A stretch of DNA of 64,000 nt from an uncultured virus (IMG/VR IMGVR_UViG_3300021255_003627) (taxonomy: Duplodnaviria; Heunggongvirae; Uroviricota; Caudoviricetes), in IMG/VR virus record IMGVR_UViG_3300021255_003627; one strand, 5' to 3'. The notes below the pieces were generated by a model, which was given only the letters and a program-made list of their open reading frames with translations, was not told where the DNA came from and ran no database searches. Shown piece after piece: positions 51,450 through 60,163 of this stretch. Positions within the stretch are counted from its first letter, which is position 1, and the number at the start of each line of letters is the position of its first letter. A program made the translations under genes and the position numbers.

Positions 51450-51923
51450 TTATTTCACGGCAACTTGTCCTCTTGAAATCATTTTCTCAAGTTTGGTTGC
51501 GACCTTTTTCGTCATTGGTCGTTCCCCATTTAGAACTTTTCTAAGTTGTGATTGTGCACCTTCTTCGGTGTGTTTTGGGAAAACGCTCCTTGCTACTGCT
51601 GCAATGTCAGTATTATCGGTGTCAATGGTGTGCCTAATTGATTCTGCGTCTGCTTGGCTTACTTTTTTGTTTTTGCTCTCATATTCATCGAAGTCATAGT
51701 ACTCTTTAGCACCTTTTGCCATTTTGCGCACTTTTATCTTACCCTTTCGATTTGCATGTTTTGCCTTCTCTTTCTTCTTTTTGTTACGCAATTCATCTAA
51801 TGTCTTCTTACGATAACTTTTTAAAATCTTTTTAACGTCGCTCAATGAATCTTCATTGAGAAACACCCTATTTTCAAGAACCTTATTGAAAGATTCGTCG
51901 ATTATTTTATCAATATTAACCAT
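51450..51923 (-). CDS. Basic XRE-like HTH protein with ESFNKVLE...FLNE leader
   Basis: C-terminal IAAVAR...QSQLRKVLNGERPMTKKVA; TATTTAT at 51947(-). Confidence 0.55.
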   Translation of the reverse strand: MVNIDKIIDESFNKVLENRVFLNEDSLSDVKKILKSYRKKTLDELRNKKKKEKAKHANRKGKIKVRKMAKGAKEYYDFDEYESKNKKVSQADAESIRHTIDTDNTDIAAVARSVFPKHTEEGAQSQLRKVLNGERPMTKKVATKLEKMISRGQVAVK

Positions 51924-52091
51924 GATTTAAATCCATACATTTTACAATAAATACTTGCTGAATACCTATTGTGTGTTGAATAATGTTAAAAATTTTGGTT
52001 ATTTGGTTTTTTTTCCATATATTTGCAGAAATAAAACTTGTCGTCATAAAGGTAACTAAACTTTTTCATATAAAATAAACACTAAAACGTT

Positions 52092-53777
52092 ATGAATAGT
52101 AAAAACTTGTTTGCGGAGGCAGTCTTCACACCTAGCACATCATTCACCTTGACTGAAAACGGAGCAAAGACACTGACCTCAACCAATTCTGCCATTGTGG
52201 ACCAATTTGGTAAAGCAGGAAACTATCGAGGCCGCTCGATTGCAGACGTATTTAAAGACCAAGCAGAAATTTGGGAGGAAAATGCGGAACTAGCGCTTCG
52301 TCTACCTTTCTACTTGAGAATGGTCACGAGAAAGACAAAAATCTCCAAGGGAAAAGAGACCGATAGGGTTCAGAGCGGACAAGGCGCAAGGGATGAAGCA
52401 TTTAAGAGGCTTTTGTGGGTTGCCAAAGAAAAACAAGATGCATTCTATAACAACATATGGCTTTTGCCAATTGTCGGTTCATGGAAGGATTTCTATACCC
52501 TTATGTTCTATGATGTAAAGGAAAACCTTAACGTCATCAATAGAGAGGCAATATATGAGATTATCGCACAAGGTCTTTTGAGCGAAACCCACGTTGATTT
52601 GGTTAAGAAATACATGCCTAGAATCAAATCCAACAAAAAATGCACGACGGAATGGACAAGATGTACAAATATGTTTGCAAAAGAATTTGCAAACATAATG
52701 AAAATGTCCTTCAAGGAATACAACAAACTAAAAGTAAGCGGAAAAGCACACGAGTTCCAAAAACTCATATGCTCTAGAAGGTTCAATGAACTTAAATGGG
52801 ATAAGATTCCAGGACGCGCACTTAGCATCATCACATCAACCAAATTCTTGGAAAACCACAATCTCGTTGATGATTATACAAAATGGATAGAAGAACAGCC
52901 AGTGGCAAAATACACTGGGTATGTCTTTGAACTTGCCGCCAAACTAAAGAAAGAGGTGCTCAGTAGGCGTTGTGGTAATTTCTACCACGGAGACATTGGT
53001 TTTAGGACACGTTTACCATTGCACATAAAACATACTATTGACGCACAGTTCAATTCGTTGGTCGCACAAGCGGAGGCCGACGGAAAGATTAACGAAAACG
53101 TATGGTGCTGCCTAGACACAAGTGGTTCAATGCAAAGACAAGTAAATGGCTTGAAAGGGATAACTTGTGGCGATATAGCTGACTCTTTGGCATTGTTCTT
53201 CACAACCCTAAACAATGGGGCTTTCCACAATAAACTCATTATGTTCGACCATAAATCCTACCCTTATACAATGGAAGGAGAGTCATTCTGTGAAAGGTTC
53301 CTAAAACTACCTAGCGTGAGTTGTGGAAGCACAAACTTCCAATCGGCAATTGATGAAATAATTAAGATTAGGAAGGAACATCCAGAAATCCCATTGGAGC
53401 AGTACCCGACAACCGTTCTAGTGGTTTCTGATATGCAATTTAATGCTGTAGACCGCTCTAGTTCTTATCGAAACCAACCAACAAACTACGAGTATTCCGT
53501 GCAGTCATTGAAAAGTGTCTTTCCAAGTGAGTTCGTGGACAATATGAAGTTCATTTGGTGGGACGTGACCTCTAGGTATGGGAATACAGACTTTGAGGGT
53601 GATTGTTCTACTCCAGGAGTGTATTACTTCAGTGGGTTTGACGGTTCAATTATGAATCTCATATTGGGCAACACTTCTGTTGTTGATGAGGGTACGAAGA
53701 AAGTTCGTCAGATGACGGCCTCTGAAATGGTTGAAAAGGCCCTAAACCAAGAGATACTTACGTATATTAGGATTTAA
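52092..53777 (+). CDS. TROVE-like/DUF2828 + vWA domain protein (Ro60-like architecture)
   Basis: TENGA, GQGARD, GSWKD, KYMPR; MIDAS DTSGSM, STNF and VSDMQF. Confidence 0.8.
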   Translation: MNSKNLFAEAVFTPSTSFTLTENGAKTLTSTNSAIVDQFGKAGNYRGRSIADVFKDQAEIWEENAELALRLPFYLRMVTRKTKISKGKETDRVQSGQGARDEAFKRLLWVAKEKQDAFYNNIWLLPIVGSWKDFYTLMFYDVKENLNVINREAIYEIIAQGLLSETHVDLVKKYMPRIKSNKKCTTEWTRCTNMFAKEFANIMKMSFKEYNKLKVSGKAHEFQKLICSRRFNELKWDKIPGRALSIITSTKFLENHNLVDDYTKWIEEQPVAKYTGYVFELAAKLKKEVLSRRCGNFYHGDIGFRTRLPLHIKHTIDAQFNSLVAQAEADGKINENVWCCLDTSGSMQRQVNGLKGITCGDIADSLALFFTTLNNGAFHNKLIMFDHKSYPYTMEGESFCERFLKLPSVSCGSTNFQSAIDEIIKIRKEHPEIPLEQYPTTVLVVSDMQFNAVDRSSSYRNQPTNYEYSVQSLKSVFPSEFVDNMKFIWWDVTSRYGNTDFEGDCSTPGVYYFSGFDGSIMNLILGNTSVVDEGTKKVRQMTASEMVEKALNQEILTYIRI

Positions 53778-53782
53778 CATAT

Positions 53783-53826
53783 AAGAAATAAGAGGAACAG
53801 ATGTTTAGTTCCTCTTATTTCTTTTA
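53783..53826 (+). terminator. Intrinsic terminator
   Basis: AAGAAATAAGAGGAAC...GTTCCTCTTATTTCTT. Confidence 0.8.
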
Positions 53827-53947
53827 GCAAATCTTTTTTTCATTGTAAGAATCTCTGACTACATAGAAAATAATTTTTTCTTAAAAAAAGTGAATATTTT
53901 TGTTGTTTTTGCGGCAAAAATATATCTTTGCATCGAATAGGTAGATT

Positions 53948-54067
53948 ATGTTTAAGAAAAAACGGAAGAAAAAAAATAAGCCAAGACAAGCAATGAGCCA
54001 AAAACAAATGACAAAGATGTATGATTCATTGTTGTCAAAGAAGAGGTTATCGGTTTGTCTTGTATAG
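53948..54067 (+). CDS. 39-aa Lys-rich peptide upstream of tyrS
   Basis: MFKKKRKKKNKPRQAMSQKQMTKMYDSLLSKKRLSVCLV*; first ORF after the promoter at 53923. Confidence 0.4.
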   Translation: MFKKKRKKKNKPRQAMSQKQMTKMYDSLLSKKRLSVCLV

Positions 54068-54115
54068 GTTTTGGCAAGGATTGTTAAACGAGTTTTAAAT
54101 AGTTTTTTTTTAAAG

Positions 54116-55417
54116 ATGGATAATTCAAAAAAATTAGTTGAGGAACTTAAGGCTAGGGGTCTAATATCTAGCACGAACGGTGATTTGTACGAAGCATTTT
54201 CAAAACAAGCGACATTTTATGTTGGGACAGACAGCACAGGAGACAGCCTTCATGTTGGTCACCTATTGGCATTTACAACGGCTAAGTTGTTACAGTCCTA
54301 TGGACATAAGCCAATCGTTTTGGTTGGCTCATTCACCGCCAAGATTGGTGACCCGTCATTTCGTGACACTTCTCGTCCAATGATTAGTGACGAACAAGTC
54401 GCCCACAATACGAAGTGTATCAAGGAGCAAGTTAGTCGTTTGATTGATTTTGATAGTGACATTCCAAATAAGGCCATTATGGTTGATAATGAGGAATGGA
54501 TGTCCAATATGAGTTTTGGTGACTTCATGAACAATGTCGCCAAACTGACCACCGTCAACTATATGATGGCAAAGGAGTCCGTCAAGAAGCGCCTTGATAG
54601 GGATGGCGAGGGTTTATCCTTGTGTGAATTTTTGTATATGTGTTGCCAAGGTTATGACTTTTTACATTTGTATAAGGAGTACAATTGTAATGGACAGATT
54701 GGTGGTCAAGACCAATACGGAAATTGCACAATAGGGCAAGAGTTTATTAGAAAGTCGCTTGGTAAGACGGATACATTTGTTATTACATGGCCTTTGGTGA
54801 CAAGGGCAGACGGAACCAAGTTCGGCAAATCTAGCAACGGTAAGAACGTTTGGTTGGACGCCAATAAGACTTCCTCGTTCGAGTTTTACCAATTTTGGCT
54901 GAACCAATCCGACAACGATGCCGAGGCATTCATCAAGAAATTCACCCTAATACCGTTGGAAGAAATTGACACAATGGTTGCGAGGCATAAGGAGAACCCT
55001 AGCAAGCGTTACTTGCAGATGGAGTTATCCAAATATATGACTTGTCTTGTACATGGCGAGGAAGAGTACAAAAAGGCAGTTGAGGCTTCAAATATTTTGT
55101 TCGGCAATGGGACGTTGGAGCAATTGAAGACAATCGAAGAAACAACCCTTCTATCCGCAATGGGCGGCGTGTCGAAGGTCGAGGTTAGCAAAGAATCATT
55201 TGATAATGGAATCCTTGTCCTAGACGTTGCATCTATGCATGATAAGGTTTCGTCAAAATCAGAGGCGAGAAAACTCATTAAGGCTAATGGTTTTTCTGTT
55301 AATAAAGAAAAGGTGACGGACGAAAAATCCACCATTGGCGCTGACAAACTAATCAATGGGAAATATCTTTTGCTGACAAAGGGCAAAAAAGACTATTGCC
55401 TTGTGGTAGTAGGATAA
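54116..55417 (+). CDS. tyrS: Tyrosyl-tRNA synthetase
   Basis: SLHVGH (HIGH), IGDPS, QGYDF, QIGGQDQYGN, KFGKS (KMSKS) and a C-terminal S4 domain. Confidence 0.95.
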   Translation: MDNSKKLVEELKARGLISSTNGDLYEAFSKQATFYVGTDSTGDSLHVGHLLAFTTAKLLQSYGHKPIVLVGSFTAKIGDPSFRDTSRPMISDEQVAHNTKCIKEQVSRLIDFDSDIPNKAIMVDNEEWMSNMSFGDFMNNVAKLTTVNYMMAKESVKKRLDRDGEGLSLCEFLYMCCQGYDFLHLYKEYNCNGQIGGQDQYGNCTIGQEFIRKSLGKTDTFVITWPLVTRADGTKFGKSSNGKNVWLDANKTSSFEFYQFWLNQSDNDAEAFIKKFTLIPLEEIDTMVARHKENPSKRYLQMELSKYMTCLVHGEEEYKKAVEASNILFGNGTLEQLKTIEETTLLSAMGGVSKVEVSKESFDNGILVLDVASMHDKVSSKSEARKLIKANGFSVNKEKVTDEKSTIGADKLINGKYLLLTKGKKDYCLVVVG

Positions 55418-55507
55418 TGTGCTTAACAAATGTTAAAAACAATGTCTTGCGGTTAAGAGAAAATTAGAAAATTGAATAGTAAACAATATATTGGAAACCT
55501 AAACTAA

Positions 55508-57277
55508 ATGGGAAAAGTTATTTTTACAAAATCAGACAAATTCACATCAGAATACTGTTGCAGTATTGTGAAGATTGGCGAGGTTAAAGCGATTGAGGGT
55601 AAGGACAAGATTGGCTACACCATTGTCAATGGCGAGACAATTGTGGTCCGTAAAGACCAAGTCAAGGAAGGTGATGTTCTTTTCTATGCTTCTAATGAGA
55701 CGCAGTTGGATAAGGGGTTTCTCGGTGCCAATAACCTTTTTGAGGCTTCTTCATACGAGCTCAATGCTAATGCAAACGAACTTAAACCTATTGTTGAGAA
55801 GAACAAGGAATTGAAGGTGGAGTTCGAGAATGTCGATAAAATCATTAGGAAACTCTCCACTTGCTCGGCGTTTATGGATGCGTATGAGGGTGAGATTATT
55901 GCAGCAAGCGGCGATGAGGATAAGGAGGAGGAACTTACGACTAAGTTCAATAACTGCAAGAAAACCATCATGAAGTATGCTGGTGGTAATTTGACCTTGG
56001 AATCATCTGTAAGTGATTTCGTCGCAACCGCAAATTCTCAGTGCGAGGAGAAGAAGGCTCAATATGAATCACTTAAAAACCTTATTGATGCGAATGCAAA
56101 TACAATAAGAAACAGTGTTGGTTTCTTCAATAAAACTGGTCGTGTACGCGCCATACGTCTTGGCGGCGTTCAGTCAATGGGCTACCTTTTCTCGATTGAT
56201 GAACTTGCAAGGTATAACCCAAATGTAAAGGACGTGAATGTCGACAACCTTGTTGGAGAAGATTTCGATACGATTGAAGGTGAACTTTTCATCAAGGCAT
56301 ATGTTCCATTTGTTCCCCAACGAGGCAATAAAGGTGATGGGAAGTCAAAAGACCGCAAGCGCAACAAAAAGATTGAGGAGTTCAACAGAATGGTCAAAGG
56401 TGAATTCTTTTTCCATTACAGCACAGACCCATTGCCAAAGTGTATCAATAGGGTTAAGCCAAATGATGTTGTGACAATAACAAGTAAGTTACACGGGACA
56501 TCAATCGTTATTGGCAAACTTCACGTGAAGACACCAATCAAATTACCATTCCACAAGTACATTTGGAATAAGTTCGTTGATTTGACAAGACTATTCAAAC
56601 CATACCGTTTTACAGACTACATTGTGGAGTATGGTAACGTAACCTCTTCACGCACTGTCATTAAAAACCAATATATCAACAAACAAGTCAAAGAAGGGTT
56701 CTACGGAGTTGACATATGGACGGAGTATGGCAACTTGATTTATCCTTTCATTGACGAGGGCATGACAATCTATGGCGAGATTGTTGGGTACATCACCAAT
56801 TCTGACAAGATGATTCAGAGTGGTTATGACTATGGCTGTGAAAATGGAGAGAACAAGTTGATGATATACCGCATTACCACGACCAATGACGATGGCACTA
56901 AACACGAGTGGAACGTCATCGAAGTCAAGGAGTGGACCGAAAGGCTGATTAGTGAACATCCTGAAATCAAGGATAGAATCCACGTTATCGATTTGCTTTA
57001 TCATGGTACGCTTGCAGATTTCTACCCAGAGATTTCAATTGAGAGTCATTGGCACGAAAATGTGCTTGAAGCCATGAGGAATGACAAGAAACGGCTGAAT
57101 ATGGAAAAGAACGACCCTATCTGCAAAAACAAAGTTCCGTTCGAGGGTATTGTGCTTCGCATTGACAATGACGAACTTGCAGAGGCGTTCAAGTTGAAGA
57201 CTCAGAAGTTCTTGTCAAAGGAACGTGAAAGCATTGATGCTGGTAAAGTCGATATTGAAATGGCAGACACTTATTAG
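55508..57277 (+). CDS. ATP-dependent RNA ligase (DRB0094-like) with N-terminal OB/tRNA-binding domain
   Basis: N-terminal IEGKDKI...RVRAIRLGGVQSMGYL; NTase motifs KLHGTS, YGEIVG, EGIVLR and FKLK. Confidence 0.8.
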   Translation: MGKVIFTKSDKFTSEYCCSIVKIGEVKAIEGKDKIGYTIVNGETIVVRKDQVKEGDVLFYASNETQLDKGFLGANNLFEASSYELNANANELKPIVEKNKELKVEFENVDKIIRKLSTCSAFMDAYEGEIIAASGDEDKEEELTTKFNNCKKTIMKYAGGNLTLESSVSDFVATANSQCEEKKAQYESLKNLIDANANTIRNSVGFFNKTGRVRAIRLGGVQSMGYLFSIDELARYNPNVKDVNVDNLVGEDFDTIEGELFIKAYVPFVPQRGNKGDGKSKDRKRNKKIEEFNRMVKGEFFFHYSTDPLPKCINRVKPNDVVTITSKLHGTSIVIGKLHVKTPIKLPFHKYIWNKFVDLTRLFKPYRFTDYIVEYGNVTSSRTVIKNQYINKQVKEGFYGVDIWTEYGNLIYPFIDEGMTIYGEIVGYITNSDKMIQSGYDYGCENGENKLMIYRITTTNDDGTKHEWNVIEVKEWTERLISEHPEIKDRIHVIDLLYHGTLADFYPEISIESHWHENVLEAMRNDKKRLNMEKNDPICKNKVPFEGIVLRIDNDELAEAFKLKTQKFLSKERESIDAGKVDIEMADTY

Positions 57278-57283
57278 TTGTCA

Positions 57284-57592
57284 TTAGAAAAACGGATTGT
57301 TTGACAAAGAATCAATTATGGTTTGATACTTTTGGCATGTCTCTTGAAAATCGTTTACATCGTCATGGCATAAGTCAAACCATTCCCCGTTAATCCTTGA
57401 GGAGTTGAACCGATTGTGAAGCATTGTTTCAAGTTTAAATGGCTTATCGGTCTCAAAGTTGTCCTTTAAGTAGATGACGGAAGAGTTGCCAGTTTGCAAC
57501 TGCTTGATTCGTTTGCCGATGTCCGATGAATTGGTTGAACCAATTTTATATCCTTCTCGCCCCATCTCTTTAAGAAGATAAACGTATCCCAT
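57284..57592 (-). CDS. GIY-YIG family (T5orf172/MUG113) nuclease domain protein
   Basis: GYVYL, YKIG, RIKQLQTGN, LETMLH and GEWF. Confidence 0.85.
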   Translation of the reverse strand: MGYVYLLKEMGREGYKIGSTNSSDIGKRIKQLQTGNSSVIYLKDNFETDKPFKLETMLHNRFNSSRINGEWFDLCHDDVNDFQETCQKYQTIIDSLSNNPFF

Positions 57593-57712
57593 GTCTAAAA
57601 AATAGTTAAAAATGGGAAGATGTTAAAGGTTTTTATTGGTTGGATGGAATATTTTCCGTATATTTGCAACAATAACAATTTTTATTAACAAAATAATAAA
57701 GGAAAAAACAAA

Positions 57713-58495
57713 ATGAAGAAAATTATTTTTATGCTTTTTGTGGCTATGTTTAGTACAGAAAGTTTTTGCCAAACTGAACCAGATTTTGCAATGGAACCAC
57801 ACGTTTTTAACTTCGCAGACTCCACCTTTGAGGTACCCCTACCTTGTGAGAGGACCTATGTGCGTGGAAAGGCTGACGCCTCATTGTATATTTTTGGTGT
57901 AGGAAAAACTAGTGTTTATCGTTACATTGATGGAGAAAAATCACCTTTAGAGATTGACAAAAACGTTAGTGGCATTATCATCAATACAGACGGTGAATCA
58001 CCAGTACACACCCTTTCCATCAACAAACTTGAAATACTAAAGACAAAACGAAGATGGAAAACTCATGAAAGTGGCACTTTTACGGGGTCGTCATACGGTA
58101 CAGATGCCTCTGTTGGGTTGAAGTATAAGAAATATGGCAAGAATTCCGTTATCATCAAAACTTCTGATTTGTCACCAGGGGAATATTGTATTACTGCTAT
58201 CAACATCAAAACTACCACAAACAATTTTAAAGCATTCACATTCAGAGTTAAAGGTGTAATCATAGATACCTACGAGAAATATTATGTTCGAGTTGTTGGA
58301 GGAAAAGGCGAAACTCTTCATATCCACAACACATCGGGTGACCTCATCCAAACCATTGACATTAAAACTGACGACGAGCGATTTAGACCCAAATTAAAGA
58401 AGAAAAATTCTTACATTTTAAAAGTTGGGTCGTCAGAAGAAAAAATTTCAATTGATAGGAATGGTTTTGTTTCAATTGACACTTCGTTTTTGTGA
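57713..58495 (+). CDS. Exported hypothetical protein (signal peptide)
   Basis: MKKIIFMLFVAMFSTESFCQ, a Bacteroidota-type signal ending at Gln. Confidence 0.65.
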   Translation: MKKIIFMLFVAMFSTESFCQTEPDFAMEPHVFNFADSTFEVPLPCERTYVRGKADASLYIFGVGKTSVYRYIDGEKSPLEIDKNVSGIIINTDGESPVHTLSINKLEILKTKRRWKTHESGTFTGSSYGTDASVGLKYKKYGKNSVIIKTSDLSPGEYCITAINIKTTTNNFKAFTFRVKGVIIDTYEKYYVRVVGGKGETLHIHNTSGDLIQTIDIKTDDERFRPKLKKKNSYILKVGSSEEKISIDRNGFVSIDTSFL

Positions 58496-58545
58496 TACCA
58501 CAAAGAATTGTAAAACATTTGAATAATTTTTAATATATTTATTTT

Positions 58546-58716
58546 ATGTACACAATTATTTGTTTAATCATTTTTTTTGGAATGTTTGTGGCAGTGAATG
58601 TGCCAAAACCTTGTACCGAAGAGACAAAAAAATCTTTGATTCCAGTCTTCCTCGTCGCGTTGATTGTTTCAGTTTTGATTGACATGTTTATTTTTCTACT
58701 TTGCTACGTTTTTTGA
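58546..58716 (+). CDS. 56-aa protein with two hydrophobic segments
   Basis: MYTIICLIIFFGMFVAVNVPKPCTEETKKSLIPVFLVALIVSVLIDMFIFLLCYVF*; ends 2 nt before the rtcB ATG. Confidence 0.45.
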   Translation: MYTIICLIIFFGMFVAVNVPKPCTEETKKSLIPVFLVALIVSVLIDMFIFLLCYVF

Positions 58717-58718
58717 TT

Positions 58719-59255
58719 ATGATTGAAATTAAAGGAAAACATTGTAAGGATTTGAAAATCTTTACTGACAATATAGAGGAAACGGCTTTATCCACTTTAT
58801 ACAAAGTGGCAGATGAAGTTCCGTATGAGAACACTAAAATACGAATCATGCCAGACGTACATCAAGGCGTTGGCAACACAGTTATTGGTTTTTCTTGTCC
58901 TATTGACCTCGAAAACGGTTATGTATCGGTACAAGCGGTTGGGTGCGATTTAGGCTGTTCGGTAAGTGCTTGGTTTTATGAGAAGCCGATTTCAGACGAC
59001 AAGATACAAGAGTTTGAGCACAAAATCCGAAAGGTCATACCGTTTGGTTTTAACATCAATCAGAAAAGCAAGGTTGATGTGAAGTGCCTAATCAAGGAAA
59101 TAAACAAGTCAATACAACGCATTGTGTCAAGACATCCGATTCTCTCTGATTATTCGATTGAGTTCAAGAGTGAGAGAGACCTTGAAAAATGGTGTGATAG
59201 GATTGGTATGGACTATGGTGTATTCCTAAAATCCATCGGAACTGTTGGCGGTGGT
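58719..59255 (+). CDS. rtcB: RtcB RNA ligase, exon 1
   Basis: MPDVHQG, VGCDLGC; ends SIGTVGGG. Confidence 0.9.
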
Positions 59256-60163
59256 GAAACGATTGCCACCGTGTGAGTTAATAGCTCACAGTAGTTAAAT
59301 TCGTCCAAATCGGTGGAGCCTGTGACGGTAATACCGAGGGAAGTGCTCTGACAATAGTCAACACCCCGTAACGAGCGGAGGGACTTGAAATGTCGTTTTA
59401 AATAGGCATAAGGTGCGCTCTGAACTATAGAGAAAAAGAATCTATAGAGAATGTCAGAAATGAGCATTCCAATTAATATTGAAAATGACCACTTCTTCAT
59501 TATTATTTATAATATATAAGTAATAATATGTTGAATAAAGACAAGAGTTATATTTTTGGTATTTTAATAACAGATGGTAGTTTATATTTAACCACTAGAA
59601 ATAGGGGGAAAGTAACATTAGAAATCTCTAAAAAAGACGAAGATTTAGTTGATAAATTAATCAAATTAGTTCCGTTTTCGACTAAAAGTACTAGAACTAG
59701 AAAAACTAATTTTTGCGCAAGTGGTACTGACTTTGTTTCTTTTAAAAATTATAGGAGAGAATTTAGAGAAAATCTAATTGAGAATGGCTTCCCAACAAAA
59801 AATAAAGCAATAAACGCATCAACTCCTTCTGAAGAATATGATGAAGTTTCTTTTTGGAGAGGCGTTATTGATGGGGATGGAAGTATAGGCGTGACTAATA
59901 AAAACGAGCCATTTGTTTCTCTAGTTACAAAAAGTGAAAATCTTAAAAATAAATACTTAGAATTTTTACACAAAAATTTTGGAATAGCCAAAAATGTAAA
60001 CAAGAACAAAAGAGACAATGTATACAATATTGTTGTAAAAAATAAAAACGCTAGAGACTTAGTTGATTTACTATACAACAATAAAGAAATACATCTTAAT
60101 CGTAAATATGATAAAGCAATGTTTATCCTTGAAAATTTTCAATATTAATTAGTAACAAATTTG
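59256..60163 (+). mobile_element. Group I self-splicing intron with homing endonuclease
   Basis: P1 CGGUGGU/GCCACCG with U.G at the splice site; GAUU/AAUC P10; P4 UCGGU/ACCGA; P7 GAGCG/CGCUC; terminal G at 60163. Removal restores GGG-NH. Confidence 0.9.
59528..60148 (+). CDS. Double-motif LAGLIDADG homing endonuclease (intron-encoded)
   Basis: YIFGILITDGSL and FWRGVIDGDGSI motifs; markedly AT-rich. Confidence 0.9.
   Translation: MLNKDKSYIFGILITDGSLYLTTRNRGKVTLEISKKDEDLVDKLIKLVPFSTKSTRTRKTNFCASGTDFVSFKNYRREFRENLIENGFPTKNKAINASTPSEEYDEVSFWRGVIDGDGSIGVTNKNEPFVSLVTKSENLKNKYLEFLHKNFGIAKNVNKNKRDNVYNIVVKNKNARDLVDLLYNNKEIHLNRKYDKAMFILENFQY

Noticed and set aside
53778..54115. tRNA gene or T-box upstream of tyrS
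   Set aside because: No cloverleaf, TTCGA arm or T-box consensus visible.
44980..55417. Bacterial chromosome (dnaK, dnaJ, infC, tyrS)
   Set aside because: Genes are divergent, lack their usual operon partners (grpE, rpmI/rplT) and are interleaved with phage genes using the same promoters.
59256..60163. Intein or pseudogene explanation for split rtcB
   Set aside because: Stop codons and a separate ATG exclude an intein; intact group I pairings and exact in-frame rejoining argue against decay.
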